DNA of 39,237 nt from an uncultured Gammaproteobacteria bacterium (GCA_913050015.1 CAJXAZ010000002.1:1-39237); one strand, 5' to 3'. Counted from the stretch's first letter, positions 8,133 to 20,814 are shown. Translations and numbers: made by a program. Notes: a model not told the origin generated them from the sequence alone.

Positions 8133-8657
8133 GTGGCGTTATCGAAAAGTGAAAAAGAAAGAATAGTTGGAGAAGTCAAAGAGGTTGCATCTACTGCATC
8201 TTCTTTAGTTATTTCAGATGCAAGGGGCCTAAAGGTTACTGAGTTATCAGAAGTAAGAGCGAAAGCTACTCAAGCTGGAATACATATCCAAATAATCAAG
8301 AACTCTCTTGCTAAATTAGCATTTGAAGGTACTGACTTTGGTTGTTCCGACGAGGTCCTAGTTGGACCGTCATTATTTGCTTTTTCTTTCGAAGAGCCAG
8401 GTGCAGCTGCTAAATTGCTTAAAACATATGCTAAGAACTTTGATGCTTTAGAGATCAAGGCTTTAGTTGTTGAAGGGCAATTACTTAATGGAGATCAGAT
8501 AGATATTCTAGCTAGTCTTCCATCTAAGGATGAGGCTTATGGCCTTATTGCAAATGTGTTGCAGGCTCCAATCAGTAAGTTTGCTACTTTATTAAATGAA
8601 GTACCAACTAAACTGGCTAGAGTTTTATCAGCAGTTCAAGACAAAAAACAGGCATAA
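8133..8657 (+). CDS. rplJ: 50S ribosomal protein L10
   Basis: 174 aa with a GTG start 7 nt after AGGAG. The N-terminus MALSKSEK aligns with E. coli MALNLQDK. Confidence 0.95.
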   Translation: MALSKSEKERIVGEVKEVASTASSLVISDARGLKVTELSEVRAKATQAGIHIQIIKNSLAKLAFEGTDFGCSDEVLVGPSLFAFSFEEPGAAAKLLKTYAKNFDALEIKALVVEGQLLNGDQIDILASLPSKDEAYGLIANVLQAPISKFATLLNEVPTKLARVLSAVQDKKQA

Positions 8658-8681
8658 GCCTAAATTATAAGGAGAATTAGA

Positions 8682-9059
8682 ATGGCAACTAGTAAAGAAG
8701 ATATTTTAAAAACTATAGAAGAAATGTCAGTAATGGATCTTGTAGATCTTATTTCTGCAATTGAAGAGAAGTTTGGTGTTACAGCCGCAGCAGCAGTTGC
8801 AGCAGCACCAGCAGCAGGTGGCGCAGATGCTCCAGCAGCTGAAGAGCAGAGTGCTTTTGACGTTGTATTAACAGCAGCCGGAGCTCAAAAAGTTCAAGTA
8901 ATTAAAGCTGTAAGAGCTATAACTGGTCTTGGATTAAAAGAAGCTAAAGATATGGTAGATGGTGCTCCAACTACTGTAAAAGAAGGCGCAAGTAAGGATG
9001 ATGCAGATGCAATGGTTACTCAGTTAATCGAAGCAGGCGCAACAGCTGAAGCTAAATAG
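8682..9059 (+). CDS. rplL: 50S ribosomal protein L7/L12
   Basis: 125 aa. Ala-rich hinge and [15 protein letters not shown] in the C-terminal domain. Confidence 0.97.
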   Translation: MATSKEDILKTIEEMSVMDLVDLISAIEEKFGVTAAAAVAAAPAAGGADAPAAEEQSAFDVVLTAAGAQKVQVIKAVRAITGLGLKEAKDMVDGAPTTVKEGASKDDADAMVTQLIEAGATAEAK

Positions 9060-9097
9060 AACTAATAACATATAAATATTAAAAAAAGGTCGCATTT

Positions 9098-12000
9098 ATG
9101 TCATACAGTTATACAGAAAAGAAAAGAATAAGAAAAAACTTTGGTACTTTCAAAAAGGTAATGGATCTTCCTAATCTTGTTGAAACTCAAACTAAATCTT
9201 ATTCTGAATTTTTGCAGGCTGATACGGCACCTGAAGCAAGAAAAAAACAAGGACTTGAAGAGGTTTTTAAATCTTTATTTCCTATTAAAAGTGTTTCAGG
9301 GAATGCTGCTCTTGAATATGTTTCTTATGAGCTCGGTAAGAATACCTATGATGTGCAGGAATGTCTTGTACAAGGTTTATCTTACTCAGCTCCTTTAAGA
9401 ATTAAAGTTAAATTAGTTCTTTATGATAGAGAGTCAAACTTTAAAGAAGTTAAGGATATAAAAGAAGGCGAAGTATTTATGGGCGAAGTTCCATTAATGA
9501 CTGATGATGCCTCTTTTGTTGTTAACGGAACTGAAAGAGTCGTCGTTGCTCAGCTTCATAGATCACCTGGTGTTTTCTATGATCATGACAAAGGAAAAAC
9601 TCATTCATCTGGAAAGGTTTTATATTCTGCAAGGGTAATTCCTTACAGAGGCTCATGGCTTGATTTTGAATTTGATCCTAAAGATATCTTATTCAGTAGA
9701 ATAGACAGAAGAAGAAAGATACCTGCAACCATAATGCTAAGAGCTTTGGATATGGGTACGGAAGAAATTTTATCAGAGTTCTATGAAGAGGATCTCTTCA
9801 CTCTTGATAAACAAACTGTAAAGCTTGCTCTAATCCCAGAGAGATTAAGAGGCGAAACTTTATCAGTTGATATTAAAGTTAAAAGTAAAGTTTATGTAGA
9901 GGCTGGAAAAAGAATTACAGCTAGGCATATTAAAGAATTATCAAGCTCAAAAGTTAATGAGATAACTCTTTCTGAAGAATACTTAATTGGAAAGGTCTTA
10001 TCTAAAGATATTTTCAATAAAGAAACTGGGGAAGTATTATTTTCTGCTAATACAGAAATAGACATGACGGTCCTTGAATCGCTTAAGGAAAATAATGTTG
10101 TTGAAATTAAATGTCTTTTCATCAATGAATTAGATAAAGGGCCTTATATTTCAAACACACTTAGATCAGATCCTACTTCAAATAGACTTGAAGCTCTTGT
10201 AGAGATTTACAGAATGATGAGACCTGGCGAACCGCCAACCAAAGATTCTGCTGAAACATTATTTAACAACTTATTCTTTAATGAAGAGAGATATGATCTT
10301 TCTGAAGTTGGAAGAATGAAATTTAACAGACGTTTAAAGCTAGACGGTGAGAAAGAAAGCCCACATACACTTGATAAAGAAGACATTATTGAAGTAATGA
10401 AGGGAATAGTAAATATTAGAGACGGTCATGATATTGTTGATGATATTGATCACCTTGGAAATAGAAGGGTCAGATCTGTAGGAGAAATGACTGCTAATCA
10501 GTTTAGAGTAGGCCTAATAAGGGTTGAAAGAGCCGTTAGAGAAAGATTAAGTATGGCTGAGGCGGATGAGTTAGGTCCGCAAGATCTAATCAATGCTAAA
10601 CCAGTAACTGCTGCAATTAAAGAGTTCTTTGGTTCAAGTCAGTTATCTCAGTTCATGGATCAAAATAATCCACTATCTGAAATTACTCATAAAAGAAGAG
10701 TTTCTGCACTAGGACCCGGCGGGCTAACAAGAGAAAGAGCTGGTTTTGAGGTTAGGGACGTTCATCCAACTCATTACGGAAGAGTTTGCCCAATTGAAAC
10801 TCCAGAAGGACCAAACATTGGTCTTATTAACTCTTTTGCATCATATTCAAGAACTAATCAGTATGGTTTTATTGAAACTCCATATAGAAAAGTTGTAGAT
10901 GGAAAAGTAACTGATGAGATTATGTACTTATCTGCAATTGACGAGTCAGAGTATGTTATTGCTCAGGCCAGTGTTACTTTAGATAAAGATAATAAGTTTG
11001 TTGATGATCTTGTAGCTGTAAGGCATGCAAGTGAATTTGAGTTAATGTCTCCAGAAAGAGTCGATCTAATGGATGTATCACCTCAACAGGTAGTATCTAT
11101 TGCTGCTTCATTAATCCCTTTCCTAGAGCATGATGATGCTAACAGGGCTTTAATGGGATCAAATATGCAGCGTCAAGCAGTTCCAGTTCTAAGAGCTGAA
11201 AAGCCATTAGTTGGTACTGGTCTTGAGTCTGTTGTAGCAAGAGACTCAGGTGTTTGTATCGTAGCCAAACATTCTGGTGTTGTTGAGAATGTTGATGCAG
11301 CTAGAATCGTTGTAAGAGTTACAGACAAAAAAGCTAAATCAGCTGCTGATGTATACAATCTTATTAAGTACACTAGATCAAACCAAAATACATGTATTAA
11401 TCAAAAACCAATCGTGAGAGTTGGTGATATTGTTAAAGCTGGTGATGTACTTGCAGATGGTCCTTCTATAGATAATGGAGAGCTTGCTTTAGGTCAAAAT
11501 ATTAGAATCGCATTCATGCCTTGGAATGGATATAACTTTGAAGATTCAATATTGATATCTGAAAAAGTTGCTAGAGAAGATAGATTTACATCTATACATA
11601 TTCAAGAAATTGTCTGTGTTGCACGTGATACAAAACTGGGATCAGAAGAAATTACAGCTGACATTCCGAATGTTGGAGAAGGATCTCTTAATAAACTAGA
11701 TGAATGTGGAATGGTTTATGTCGGAGCAGAAGTAGATCCGGGTGACATCTTAGTTGGTAAAATTACTCCTAAAGGAGAAACTCAACTATCACCAGAAGAG
11801 AAACTATTACGAGCTATTTTTGGTGAAAAAGCATCTGATGTGAAAGATACTTCTCAAAGAGCCAGTTCTAAAGGAACCGTAATTGGTGTTGAGGTATTTA
11901 CTAGAGATGGTGTTGAGAAAGATGAAAGAACACAAGCAATTGAACAAGATCATTTAGATGAAACAAAGAAAAATTCAGATGATGAAGCTTCTGTTGTAGA

Positions 12001-13159
12001 GCAAGCTACTAAGACAAGATTATGTGAACTTCTTAAAGATAAGAAAGCACTTAAAGGAAATGGTCTGAAAAAAGGTGATGTTCTAACAAGTGAACTACTA
12101 GAATCTCTTATTCTTAATGACATATTCTCAATCAGAACAGCTGAAGATAGTACTAATGATGTAATTGAAGATACAGAAAAAAGCTACAACGCTTATGTCA
12201 AAGATATTCAAGCTAGATACGAAGCTAAAAGAGCTAAAATTATCCGAGGTCACGACCTTGCGCCAGGAGTTATCAAGATTGTTAAAGTTTATTTAGCTAT
12301 CAAGAGAAGAATTCAGCCAGGTGATAAAATGGCTGGTCGTCATGGTAATAAGGGTGTTATTTCAGAAATTATGCCTGTTGAAGATATGCCGTATGATGAA
12401 AATGGAGATCCAGTTGATGTGGTGCTAAACCCACTTGGAGTTCCTTCTAGGATGAATGTTGGACAGATACTAGAAACTCACATGGGTTGTGCTGCTAAAG
12501 GCATTGGTAAAAAAATTGACAATATGTTGAAAGCCAACGCAAAACCAGCTGAGCTTAAAGAATATCTAGATAAGCTATACAACACTAATGCCGCTAATAA
12601 AGAGGATATAAACTCATTTAATAATACTGAGATACTTGAACTTGCAAATAATCTTAGGGATGGACTTCCGATAGCTACACCAGTGTTTGATGGAGCAAAA
12701 GAAAGCGAAGTTAAAGATCTATTAAAATTAGCAGATTTACCAGAGTCTGGTCAATTTACTTTATACGATGGCAGGACAGGAACTAAGTTTGATAGACCTG
12801 TAACAGTAGGTTACATGTATATCATCAAACTAAACCATTTGGTTGATGACAAAATGCATGCAAGATCCACAGGTTCTTATAGTTTAGTTACTCAGCAACC
12901 GTTAGGTGGTAAAGCGCAATTTGGTGGTCAGAGATTTGGTGAAATGGAAGTTTGGGCTCTAGAAGCCTATGGTGCTTCATACACTCTTCAAGAAATGTTA
13001 ACAGTTAAATCTGATGATGTGGCTGGAAGAACGAAGATGTATAAAAACATTGTTGCCGGAAAATATGAAATGGATGCTGCTATACCCGAATCATTTAATG
13101 TTCTTAGCAAAGAAATTAAATCATTGGGAATTAACCTCGAATTAGATTCAGAAAACTAG
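9098..13159 (+). CDS. rpoB: DNA-directed RNA polymerase subunit beta
   Basis: 1353 aa. Rif cluster I reads [32 protein letters not shown] (wild-type-like). [13 protein letters not shown] is present, as is a gammaproteobacterial-type insertion around residues 930-1040. Confidence 0.99.
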   Translation: MSYSYTEKKRIRKNFGTFKKVMDLPNLVETQTKSYSEFLQADTAPEARKKQGLEEVFKSLFPIKSVSGNAALEYVSYELGKNTYDVQECLVQGLSYSAPLRIKVKLVLYDRESNFKEVKDIKEGEVFMGEVPLMTDDASFVVNGTERVVVAQLHRSPGVFYDHDKGKTHSSGKVLYSARVIPYRGSWLDFEFDPKDILFSRIDRRRKIPATIMLRALDMGTEEILSEFYEEDLFTLDKQTVKLALIPERLRGETLSVDIKVKSKVYVEAGKRITARHIKELSSSKVNEITLSEEYLIGKVLSKDIFNKETGEVLFSANTEIDMTVLESLKENNVVEIKCLFINELDKGPYISNTLRSDPTSNRLEALVEIYRMMRPGEPPTKDSAETLFNNLFFNEERYDLSEVGRMKFNRRLKLDGEKESPHTLDKEDIIEVMKGIVNIRDGHDIVDDIDHLGNRRVRSVGEMTANQFRVGLIRVERAVRERLSMAEADELGPQDLINAKPVTAAIKEFFGSSQLSQFMDQNNPLSEITHKRRVSALGPGGLTRERAGFEVRDVHPTHYGRVCPIETPEGPNIGLINSFASYSRTNQYGFIETPYRKVVDGKVTDEIMYLSAIDESEYVIAQASVTLDKDNKFVDDLVAVRHASEFELMSPERVDLMDVSPQQVVSIAASLIPFLEHDDANRALMGSNMQRQAVPVLRAEKPLVGTGLESVVARDSGVCIVAKHSGVVENVDAARIVVRVTDKKAKSAADVYNLIKYTRSNQNTCINQKPIVRVGDIVKAGDVLADGPSIDNGELALGQNIRIAFMPWNGYNFEDSILISEKVAREDRFTSIHIQEIVCVARDTKLGSEEITADIPNVGEGSLNKLDECGMVYVGAEVDPGDILVGKITPKGETQLSPEEKLLRAIFGEKASDVKDTSQRASSKGTVIGVEVFTRDGVEKDERTQAIEQDHLDETKKNSDDEASVVEQATKTRLCELLKDKKALKGNGLKKGDVLTSELLESLILNDIFSIRTAEDSTNDVIEDTEKSYNAYVKDIQARYEAKRAKIIRGHDLAPGVIKIVKVYLAIKRRIQPGDKMAGRHGNKGVISEIMPVEDMPYDENGDPVDVVLNPLGVPSRMNVGQILETHMGCAAKGIGKKIDNMLKANAKPAELKEYLDKLYNTNAANKEDINSFNNTEILELANNLRDGLPIATPVFDGAKESEVKDLLKLADLPESGQFTLYDGRTGTKFDRPVTVGYMYIIKLNHLVDDKMHARSTGSYSLVTQQPLGGKAQFGGQRFGEMEVWALEAYGASYTLQEMLTVKSDDVAGRTKMYKNIVAGKYEMDAAIPESFNVLSKEIKSLGINLELDSEN

Positions 13160-13168
13160 GAGATAAAA

Positions 13169-16100
13169 TTGAGAGACTTATTAAATTCATTAAAACAAGG
13201 GCAGGATGATTTCACTACCATTTCTGCAGGGCTAGCTTCTCCTCAAGTAATTAAATCTTGGTCATTTGGCGAAGTTAAAAAACCTGAAACTATAAACTAC
13301 AGAACTTTTAAACCTGAAAGAGATGGTTTGTTTTGTTCCAAAATATTTGGACCTATAAAGGATTACGAATGTATTTGTGGTAAGTACAAGCGTATGAAGC
13401 ATAGAGGAGTCGTTTGTGAGAAATGTGGAGTAGAAGTCACTCTTGCTAAAGTTAGAAGAGAAAGAATGGGCCATATTGATTTAGCAGCTCCTGTTGCTCA
13501 TATTTGGTTTCTTAAGTCACTTCCATCTAGAATCGGACTATTATTAAATACAACTTTAAGAGAGATAGAAAGAGTTCTATATTTTGAAAGTTATATAGTT
13601 ACTGATCCTGGTCTTACTGAACTAGAGAAAGGCCAAATCCTGACAGAAGAAGAATGGGTTGAAAAGTATGAAGAATTTGGTGATGAATTCTCAGCTGGAA
13701 TGGGCGCAGAGGCTGTTCAAATTTTACTTGAAGAACTCGATATAAATGATGAAATTAGAATCATAAGAGAAGAAATTCCTCAAACTAACTCAGAAACAAA
13801 ATTAAAGAAACTGTCTAAAAGACTAAAACTTTTAGAAGCTTTTAACGAATCTGGAAATAGACCTGAGTGGATGGTTATGAACGTACTACCTGTTCTACCG
13901 CCAGATTTAAGACCTCTGGTACCTCTTGAAGGAGGAAGGTTTGCAACTTCAGATCTAAATGATTTATATAGAAGAGTTATTAATAGAAATAACAGATTAA
14001 AAAGACTTCTTGAATTAAGCGCACCTGAAATCATTGTAAGAAATGAAAAAAGAATGCTTCAAGAATCAGTGGATGCCCTTCTTGATAATGGAAGAAGAGG
14101 AAGAGTTATTACTGGTACAAACAAAAGACCACTTAAGTCCCTTGCTGATATGATTAAAGGTAAAGGCGGAAGATTTAGACAAAACCTTTTAGGTAAAAGA
14201 GTAGATTATTCAGGAAGATCTGTAATCGTTTCAGGTCCTACACTTAGATTGCATCAGTGTGGATTACCTAAGAAAATGGCACTCGAGCTATTTAAACCTT
14301 TTGTATATGGTAAATTAGAAGAAAGAGAGTTAGCTACTACTATTAAAGCTGCTAAGAAGCTTGTAGAAAGAGAAACTCCTGAAGTATGGGAAGTTCTTGA
14401 AGATGTTATTAGAGAGCATCCGGTCATGCTTAACAGAGCTCCTACATTGCATAGATTGGGCTTGCAGGCATTTGAACCAAAACTGATAGAAGGAAAAGCT
14501 ATTCAGTTGCATCCTCTTGTTTGTGTTGCATTTAACGCTGATTTTGATGGCGACCAAATGGCTGTCCACGTACCATTAACTTTAGAAGCTCAGCTAGAAG
14601 CAAGAGCTCTAATGATGTCTACTAACAACATACTATCACCAGCTGATGGGTCTCCTGTAATTAGTCCAACTCAAGATATTGTTCTGGGTCTTTATTATAT
14701 GACTCGTGATAACGCTAGTGCTACTGGCGGTGGAAGAGTTTTCAGTGATCCTGATGAGGTCCTAAGAGCTTTTGGAACTGAGACATTGAATGTTCATTCA
14801 CCAGTTAAAGTAAGAATAACAGATGTAAATGGTGAAACATCTATCCAAGAATCTACTGTTGGAAGAGTTCTAATATGGAGAATTACTCCTGTAGAAGTAG
14901 GTTTTGAAAATATAAACAAAGTACTAAATAAGAAATTAATATCAAAATTAGTAGATATTTCCTATAGAAAAGGCGGTCTCAAAAAGACTGTTATTTTTGC
15001 TGATCAACTTATGTATTTAGGTTTTGATTTTTCAACAAGATCAGGTTCTTCAATTGGTGTTAATGACTTTGTTATCCCAGATGAAAAATCAAAAATTATT
15101 GAAACATCTGAAAAAGAAGTTAAAGCTATTGAGAAGCAATTTGATTCAGGCCTAGTTACTAGAGGAGAAAGATATAACAAAGTTATTGATATCTGGTCTA
15201 GAGCTAATGAACAAGTAGCAAAAGCTATGATGGAAAAAATTAGTATGGAAACAGCTACTACTCCTGAGGGAGAAAAAGTAGAACAATCATCTTTTAACTC
15301 AGTATATATATATGCAGATTCAGGAGCGAGGGGTTCCCCTGCTCAGATTAGACAGCTTTCAGGAATGAGAGGACTTATGTCTAAGCCGGATGGATCTATT
15401 ATAGAAACGCCTATTACAGCTAACTTTAGAGAAGGTTTATCAGTTCTTCAGTACTTTATATCAACCCATGGGGCCAGAAAAGGTCTTGCAGATACAGCTC
15501 TTAAAACAGCTAACTCAGGTTATTTAACAAGAAGATTGTGTGATGTTTCAATGGATTCTGTTATTAACATAGCAGATTGTGGTACATCTGAATCAATCAC
15601 TGTTACCTCTATTATTGATGGTGGAGAGATTATTCAAGCACTTACAGATAGGATCTTAGGAAGAGTTATTGCAGAGCCTATAGTAGATGCAGATGGCAAA
15701 GAACTATTTGCTAAAGATACTATGCTCGATGAAGATGCTGTTGACAGTATTGATTCATTAAATCTATCTACTTTAAAAGTTAGATCTCCTATGACATGTG
15801 AGGCTTCTATTGGGGTCTGTTCATCATGTTATGGAAGAGACTTAGCTAGAGGTCATTTAGTTCATAGAGGTGAAGCAGTAGGTGTTGTGGCCGCTCAGTC
15901 AATTGGTGAGCCTGGAACACAGCTAACTATGCGTACCTTCCACATCGGAGGAGCTGCATCAAGTACCTCTGAAGATAATGCTATTTTCAATAAAAACCTA
16001 GGTGTTGTTACGTTTTCTGATGAGATGAAAACAGTTACTAACAAAGATAAACTTGAGGTTGTTGTTTCAAGAAATGGTATGGCAACAATTACAGAACCTA

Positions 16101-17350
16101 ACGGTAAAATAACTGAGCAATATAAAGTCCCTTACGGAGCTACATTAGAAGTTAAAAATAATGCTGATCTTAAGATTGGTACTAAAGTTGCTTCATGGGA
16201 TCCTTATACACGTCCAATTATTGCTGAAGCATCTGGAAAAATTAAATTCGTCGATATCGAAGATGGAATAACAGTTAGAGAGCAAATGGATGAACTGACA
16301 GGACTCTCAAGTATTGAAATCATAGACGTATCAGAAAGACCAACTGCGGGAAGAGAATTAGCACCTAAGGTTCTGATTGTCGACTCCAAAGGTAAGCCGG
16401 TAATAATAGGCGACTTTAAAGTCCCTGCAGAATATCCATTACCAGCAGGCGGACTAGTTAATTTAAGAGACGGTCAAAAGCTAACAGCTGGTGAAGTTAT
16501 CGCTAGAATGCCTTTAGTTGCATCAAAAACTAAAGATATTACTGGTGGACTACCTAGAGTTGCTGACTTATTTGAAGCTAGAAAACCAAAGGATGCATCT
16601 GTTCTATCAGAAGAAACAGGTATTATTTCTTTTGGAAAAGAAACTAAAGGTAAGATTAGACTTGTAATTACTCCAGAGGGATCTACTAAGAAAACTCAAA
16701 ATACTGAAATGTTAATTCCGAAGCACAGAACATTGTCTGTTTTTGAAGGGGAAAGAATTTCTAAAGGAGATATTATTTCTGATGGTCCTTATAGCCCTCA
16801 TGATATTTTAAGATTGAAAGGTATTCCTGCTCTTACAAACTTTATTGTCAACGAAATACAAGATGTTTATAGACTGCAAGGTGTATCAATCAACGATAAG
16901 CATATTGAAACAATACTAAGACAGATGTTAAGAAAAGCTTTAATCGTAGACGGATGTGATACTAAGTTTATCCAAGGCGATGTAGTTAGTTATGCAGAAC
17001 TTAAAGAAGAAAATGCAAAAGTTGAGAAATCTGGAAAAACTCCTGCTGAGTTTGAAAGAGTGTTGCTTGGTATTACCAAAGCTTCTCTATCAACAGATTC
17101 ATTTATATCTGCCGCATCATTCCAGGAAACAACTAGAGTTTTAACTGAAGCTGCAGTTACTGGTAAGAAAGATCATCTAAGAGGTCTTAAAGAAAATGTT
17201 GTTGTTGGAAGACTAATACCTGCTGGAACAGGTATGGCTTTCCATGACAAATTGAAGAATAAAAAACAAAACGATATTGATGAAACAACCTTATCTGCTG
17301 ATGATATAGAAGCAGCTCTAAGGGAAGGTCTTCAAGAAAACGAGGAATAA
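13169..17350 (+). CDS. rpoC: DNA-directed RNA polymerase subunit beta'
   Basis: 1393 aa with a TTG start after AGGAG. The N-terminus aligns to E. coli MKDLLKFLK. CxC...CxxC zinc site, [12 protein letters not shown] catalytic loop, and a large trigger-loop insertion as in E. coli. Confidence 0.99.
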   Translation: MRDLLNSLKQGQDDFTTISAGLASPQVIKSWSFGEVKKPETINYRTFKPERDGLFCSKIFGPIKDYECICGKYKRMKHRGVVCEKCGVEVTLAKVRRERMGHIDLAAPVAHIWFLKSLPSRIGLLLNTTLREIERVLYFESYIVTDPGLTELEKGQILTEEEWVEKYEEFGDEFSAGMGAEAVQILLEELDINDEIRIIREEIPQTNSETKLKKLSKRLKLLEAFNESGNRPEWMVMNVLPVLPPDLRPLVPLEGGRFATSDLNDLYRRVINRNNRLKRLLELSAPEIIVRNEKRMLQESVDALLDNGRRGRVITGTNKRPLKSLADMIKGKGGRFRQNLLGKRVDYSGRSVIVSGPTLRLHQCGLPKKMALELFKPFVYGKLEERELATTIKAAKKLVERETPEVWEVLEDVIREHPVMLNRAPTLHRLGLQAFEPKLIEGKAIQLHPLVCVAFNADFDGDQMAVHVPLTLEAQLEARALMMSTNNILSPADGSPVISPTQDIVLGLYYMTRDNASATGGGRVFSDPDEVLRAFGTETLNVHSPVKVRITDVNGETSIQESTVGRVLIWRITPVEVGFENINKVLNKKLISKLVDISYRKGGLKKTVIFADQLMYLGFDFSTRSGSSIGVNDFVIPDEKSKIIETSEKEVKAIEKQFDSGLVTRGERYNKVIDIWSRANEQVAKAMMEKISMETATTPEGEKVEQSSFNSVYIYADSGARGSPAQIRQLSGMRGLMSKPDGSIIETPITANFREGLSVLQYFISTHGARKGLADTALKTANSGYLTRRLCDVSMDSVINIADCGTSESITVTSIIDGGEIIQALTDRILGRVIAEPIVDADGKELFAKDTMLDEDAVDSIDSLNLSTLKVRSPMTCEASIGVCSSCYGRDLARGHLVHRGEAVGVVAAQSIGEPGTQLTMRTFHIGGAASSTSEDNAIFNKNLGVVTFSDEMKTVTNKDKLEVVVSRNGMATITEPNGKITEQYKVPYGATLEVKNNADLKIGTKVASWDPYTRPIIAEASGKIKFVDIEDGITVREQMDELTGLSSIEIIDVSERPTAGRELAPKVLIVDSKGKPVIIGDFKVPAEYPLPAGGLVNLRDGQKLTAGEVIARMPLVASKTKDITGGLPRVADLFEARKPKDASVLSEETGIISFGKETKGKIRLVITPEGSTKKTQNTEMLIPKHRTLSVFEGERISKGDIISDGPYSPHDILRLKGIPALTNFIVNEIQDVYRLQGVSINDKHIETILRQMLRKALIVDGCDTKFIQGDVVSYAELKEENAKVEKSGKTPAEFERVLLGITKASLSTDSFISAASFQETTRVLTEAAVTGKKDHLRGLKENVVVGRLIPAGTGMAFHDKLKNKKQNDIDETTLSADDIEAALREGLQENEE

Positions 17351-17352
17351 TC

Positions 17353-17381
17353 TTGACCGCGACTAACATGCTCTATAGAAT
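17353..17381 (+). promoter_or_regulatory. Sigma70 promoter of the str operon (rpsL)
   Basis: TTGACC (17353-17358), an exact 17-nt spacer, then TAGAAT (17376-17381), then the GC-rich discriminator CGCGATC. It starts 3 nt after the rpoC stop. Confidence 0.6.
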
Positions 17382-17405
17382 CGCGATCTAACTAAAAATA
17401 AAATT

Positions 17406-17777
17406 ATGGCTACAGTAAATCAATTAATTAAAAAGTCTAGAAACCCTAAGGTTAGAAAGACTGACGTTCCCGCACTTGTTGCATGTCCTCAAAGAAGAGG
17501 TGTCTGCACTCGTGTTTATACAACTACTCCAAAGAAACCGAATTCTGCTTTAAGAAAAGTATGCAGAGTTAGGCTGACAAGTGGCTTTGAAGTTACATCA
17601 TATATTGGTGGAGAGGGGCACAATCTTCAAGAACATTCATTGGTACTAATTCGAGGTGGAAGAGTAAAAGATCTACCTGGTGTCAGATATCACACAGTTA
17701 GAGGAACACTAGATACATCTGGTGTTGCTAATCGTAAACAAAGAAGATCTAAATATGGAGCCAAAAAAGGTAAATAA
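17406..17777 (+). CDS. rpsL: 30S ribosomal protein S12
   Basis: 123 aa. [18 protein letters not shown] and [14 protein letters not shown] (streptomycin-sensitive-type residues). Confidence 0.98.
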   Translation: MATVNQLIKKSRNPKVRKTDVPALVACPQRRGVCTRVYTTTPKKPNSALRKVCRVRLTSGFEVTSYIGGEGHNLQEHSLVLIRGGRVKDLPGVRYHTVRGTLDTSGVANRKQRRSKYGAKKGK

Positions 17778-17779
17778 TT

Positions 17780-18250
17780 ATGCCAAGAAGAAGAAGTCCC
17801 GAGAAAAGAAAAGTTTTACCAGATCCTAAATACAAAGATATAATTCTTGCTAAGTTCATGAATAACTTAATGAAAGACGGTAAAAAGTCTATTGCTGAGA
17901 AAATTGTTTATGGAGCTTTTGAACAAGTTGAAAAGACTTTAAAAGAAGACCCATTGGGAATTTTTATGAAAGCTTTAGACGAAGTTAGTCCAGTTGTTGA
18001 GGTTAAATCTAGAAGAGTAGGTGGTGCAAACTATCAAGTACCTATCGAAATTAGACCATCAAGAAGACAAGCACTTGCAATGAGATGGATTGTTGAAGCT
18101 GCTCGTAAAAGAAGTGAAAAAAATATGAACCTTAGATTGGCCGGCGAGCTAATGGATGCATCTCAGAAAAAAGGATCTGCTGTAAGGAAAAGAGAAGATG
18201 TTCATAAAATGGCTGAAGCTAACAAAGCTTTCTCTCACTTTAGATTTTAA
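17780..18250 (+). CDS. rpsG: 30S ribosomal protein S7
   Basis: 156 aa. MPRRR N-terminus, [13 protein letters not shown] motif, str-operon synteny. Confidence 0.98.
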   Translation: MPRRRSPEKRKVLPDPKYKDIILAKFMNNLMKDGKKSIAEKIVYGAFEQVEKTLKEDPLGIFMKALDEVSPVVEVKSRRVGGANYQVPIEIRPSRRQALAMRWIVEAARKRSEKNMNLRLAGELMDASQKKGSAVRKREDVHKMAEANKAFSHFRF

Positions 18251-18277
18251 TCGTTAATCATTAATCAAGTATAAATT

Positions 18278-20380
18278 ATGGCTAGACAAATTGTTTTAAA
18301 CAAATATCGTAATGTTGGGATTTGTGCCCACGTTGATGCAGGTAAGACTACTACAACAGAAAGGGTTCTTTTTTATACTGGTTTATCTCATAAAATTGGT
18401 GAAGTTCATGATGGCGCGGCTACTATGGATTGGATGGAGCAGGAGCAAGAAAGAGGAATAACAATTACCTCTGCTGCTACTACATGTTTTTGGAGTGGTA
18501 TGGAGCAACAGTTTCCACAGCACAGAATCAATATTATTGACACACCAGGTCACGTTGATTTCACAATTGAAGTAGAAAGATCTCTAAGAGTTCTAGATGG
18601 TGCTGTAGTAGTTTTTTGTGCTACATCAGGAGTTGAACCTCAATCAGAAACTGTATGGAGACAAGCTAATAGATACGAAGTACCTAGAATTGTTTTTGTT
18701 AATAAAATGGACAGGGCTGGAGCAAACTTTGATAGAGTTGTAGCTCAAATCAAAGACAGACTTGGCGCTAACATTGTTCCAATTCAATACAACATTGGTG
18801 AAGAAGAAGATTTTAAAGGCGTTGTTGATTTAATCAACATGCGCGCTATTTACTGGAACGAAGAGGATCAAGGTCTTACATTTGATTCCAAAGAAATTCC
18901 TGCAGAGCTCTTAGAGAGATGTAATGAGTTAAGAGAAGAGATGGTAGAAGCTGCGGCTGAAGCTAACGAAGAACTAATGGATACATATCTTGAATCTGGT
19001 GAGTTGTCCATCGAACAAATTAAAGCAGGTCTTAGAATTAGATCGCTTGCTAATGAATTAATAGTAGGTTTATGCGGTTCAGCTTTTAAAAATAAAGGCG
19101 TCCAAGCCATGCTAGATGCGGTTATCGAATTTCTTCCTGCACCAGATGAAGTTAAAGCAATAACAGGCGTTATCCCAAATAATAGTCAAGAAGATGAAGT
19201 TGAAGATGTAAGAAAATCATCTGACGAAGAACCTTTCTCAGCTCTTGCCTTTAAAATTGCTACTGATCCTTTTGTTGGAACATTAACATTTATCAGAGTT
19301 TATTCAGGTGTTTTAAATGTAGGTGATGCTGTTGTTAACTCAACCAAGCAAAAGAAAGAAAGAGTTGGAAGAATGGTTCAGATGCATGCCAATAACAGAG
19401 AAGAAATAAAAGAAGTTAGAGCAGGGGATATTGCAGCCTGTATAGGACTTAAAGATGTTACTACTGGTGATACGTTGTCTAATCCAGATAAACCAATTGT
19501 ATTAGAAAGAATGGATTTCCCAGAACCTGTAATATCGGTTGCTGTTGAACCTAAATCAAAACCAGACCAAGAAAAAATGTCATTAGCTTTAGGTAAACTA
19601 GCTCAAGAGGATCCTTCCTTTAGAGTTCATAGTGACGAAGAGTCAGGCCAAACAATCATATCCGGAATGGGAGAGCTTCACTTAGATGTTCTTGTTGACA
19701 GGATGAGAAGAGAGTTTTCAGTAGAAGCTAATATAGGTAAACCTCAAGTTTCTTATAGAGAAACAATTAAGGAAACTGTAGAGATCGAAGGCAAATTTGT
19801 TAGACAGAGTGGAGGTAAAGGCCAGTATGGACACGTATGGTTAAAACTTGAACCTCTAGGACTTGATGATGAATATGAATTTGTAGATAAGATTGTTGGT
19901 GGATCGGTTCCTAAGGAATATATCCCAGCTGTTAATAAAGGTATTCAAGAGCAAATGAAAAATGGTTGCATTGCTGGATATCCATTATTAGCACTTAGAG
20001 CTACATTATTTGATGGTTCATTCCATGATGTTGATTCCAATGAAATGGCATTTAAAATTGCAGGATCATATGCTCTTAAAGATGGCGCTTTGAAGGCAAA
20101 CCCAGCAGTTCTTGAGCCTATAATGAAGGTAGTTGTAGTGACACCTGAGGATCATATGGGAGACGTAGTTGGAGATCTTAATAGAAGAAGAGGTATTATT
20201 TTAGGTATGGATGATATTCCATCTGGTAAAGAGGTTTCTTCGGAAGTGCCTTTGGCTGAGATGTTTGGATATGCCACAGACCTAAGATCTGCTACTCAAG
20301 GTAGAGCAACATTTACAATGGAATTCACTAAATATGGTGAAGTTCCTAAAATGATTGCTGAGCAATTAAAAAACTCATAA
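18278..20380 (+). CDS. fusA: Elongation factor G
   Basis: 700 aa. [27 protein letters not shown] and NKMDR, collinear with E. coli EF-G. Confidence 0.99.
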   Translation: MARQIVLNKYRNVGICAHVDAGKTTTTERVLFYTGLSHKIGEVHDGAATMDWMEQEQERGITITSAATTCFWSGMEQQFPQHRINIIDTPGHVDFTIEVERSLRVLDGAVVVFCATSGVEPQSETVWRQANRYEVPRIVFVNKMDRAGANFDRVVAQIKDRLGANIVPIQYNIGEEEDFKGVVDLINMRAIYWNEEDQGLTFDSKEIPAELLERCNELREEMVEAAAEANEELMDTYLESGELSIEQIKAGLRIRSLANELIVGLCGSAFKNKGVQAMLDAVIEFLPAPDEVKAITGVIPNNSQEDEVEDVRKSSDEEPFSALAFKIATDPFVGTLTFIRVYSGVLNVGDAVVNSTKQKKERVGRMVQMHANNREEIKEVRAGDIAACIGLKDVTTGDTLSNPDKPIVLERMDFPEPVISVAVEPKSKPDQEKMSLALGKLAQEDPSFRVHSDEESGQTIISGMGELHLDVLVDRMRREFSVEANIGKPQVSYRETIKETVEIEGKFVRQSGGKGQYGHVWLKLEPLGLDDEYEFVDKIVGGSVPKEYIPAVNKGIQEQMKNGCIAGYPLLALRATLFDGSFHDVDSNEMAFKIAGSYALKDGALKANPAVLEPIMKVVVVTPEDHMGDVVGDLNRRRGIILGMDDIPSGKEVSSEVPLAEMFGYATDLRSATQGRATFTMEFTKYGEVPKMIAEQLKNS

Positions 20381-20408
20381 ATTATATTAGTAAATGACGT
20401 CAATATTG

Positions 20409-20437
20409 TTGACGTATAGCTAGTATGAGCTTAGAAT
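20409..20437 (+). promoter_or_regulatory. Sigma70 promoter of the S10-spc-alpha ribosomal protein operon
   Basis: TTGACG (20409-20414), an exact 17-nt spacer, then TAGAAT (20432-20437), then the discriminator ACGCCAC. It shares the 10-mer AATACGCCAC with the thrT-tuf promoter. Confidence 0.6.
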
Positions 20438-20502
20438 ACGCCACATTTTGCAATAAGCACAATGTGAGTAAGAATAATTTAATAGGATAAATAAAGGTAA
20501 AA

Positions 20503-20814
20503 ATGGAGAATCAATCAATCAGAATTAGGCTTAAAGCTTTTGATTACAGACTGATAGATGCTTCAGCTAAATTAATAGTTGAGACTGTTAAAAAAACAGG
20601 CGCAATTGTCAATGGACCAATACCTTTACCAGTTAAAAAAGAGAGAACAACCATATTGAAATCTCCGCATAAAGATAAAGATGCAAGAGACCAGTATGAG
20701 ATTGTTACATATAAAAGACTTATGGATATAATCCAACCAACTGATAAAACAGTTGATGCTTTGATGAAATTAGATCTATCTTCAGGGGTAGACGTTCAAA
20801 TAAGCTTGGGTTAA
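20503..20814 (+). CDS. rpsJ: 30S ribosomal protein S10
   Basis: 103 aa. [22 protein letters not shown] and GVDVQISLG. Confidence 0.98.
   Translation: MENQSIRIRLKAFDYRLIDASAKLIVETVKKTGAIVNGPIPLPVKKERTTILKSPHKDKDARDQYEIVTYKRLMDIIQPTDKTVDALMKLDLSSGVDVQISLG

Noticed and set aside
8128-8166. ATG at 8128, opening a 12-codon ORF (MLWRYRKVKKKE) that overlaps the rplJ start. It is a possible alternative start or leader peptide.
   Set aside because: It is out of frame with rplJ and only 2 nt from the AGGAG SD. The GTG at 8133 has ideal 7-nt spacing and yields an N-terminus (MALSK...) matching E. coli L10.
8785-8835. GCAGCAGCA-type trinucleotide repetition in rplL, and Gly/Ser codon repetition in the ssb tail (36920-36990).
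   Set aside because: These encode the normal Ala-rich hinge of L7/L12 and the flexible Gly/Ser linker of SSB. They are not repeat elements.
9177-9398. Same-strand, out-of-frame ORFs inside rpoB (9177-9398), rplD (21671-21868), rpsK (31317-31511), rpsD (31880-32143) and birA antisense (3745-3987).
   Set aside because: They are embedded in well-supported genes, short, Leu/Lys-rich and without an independent start context. There is no slippery heptamer or other evidence for frameshifting.
20395-20402. TGACGTCA palindrome (CRE-like) after fusA.
   Set aside because: It is part of the longer ACGTCAA/TTGACGT inverted repeat already reported. There is no basis for a separate factor-binding claim.
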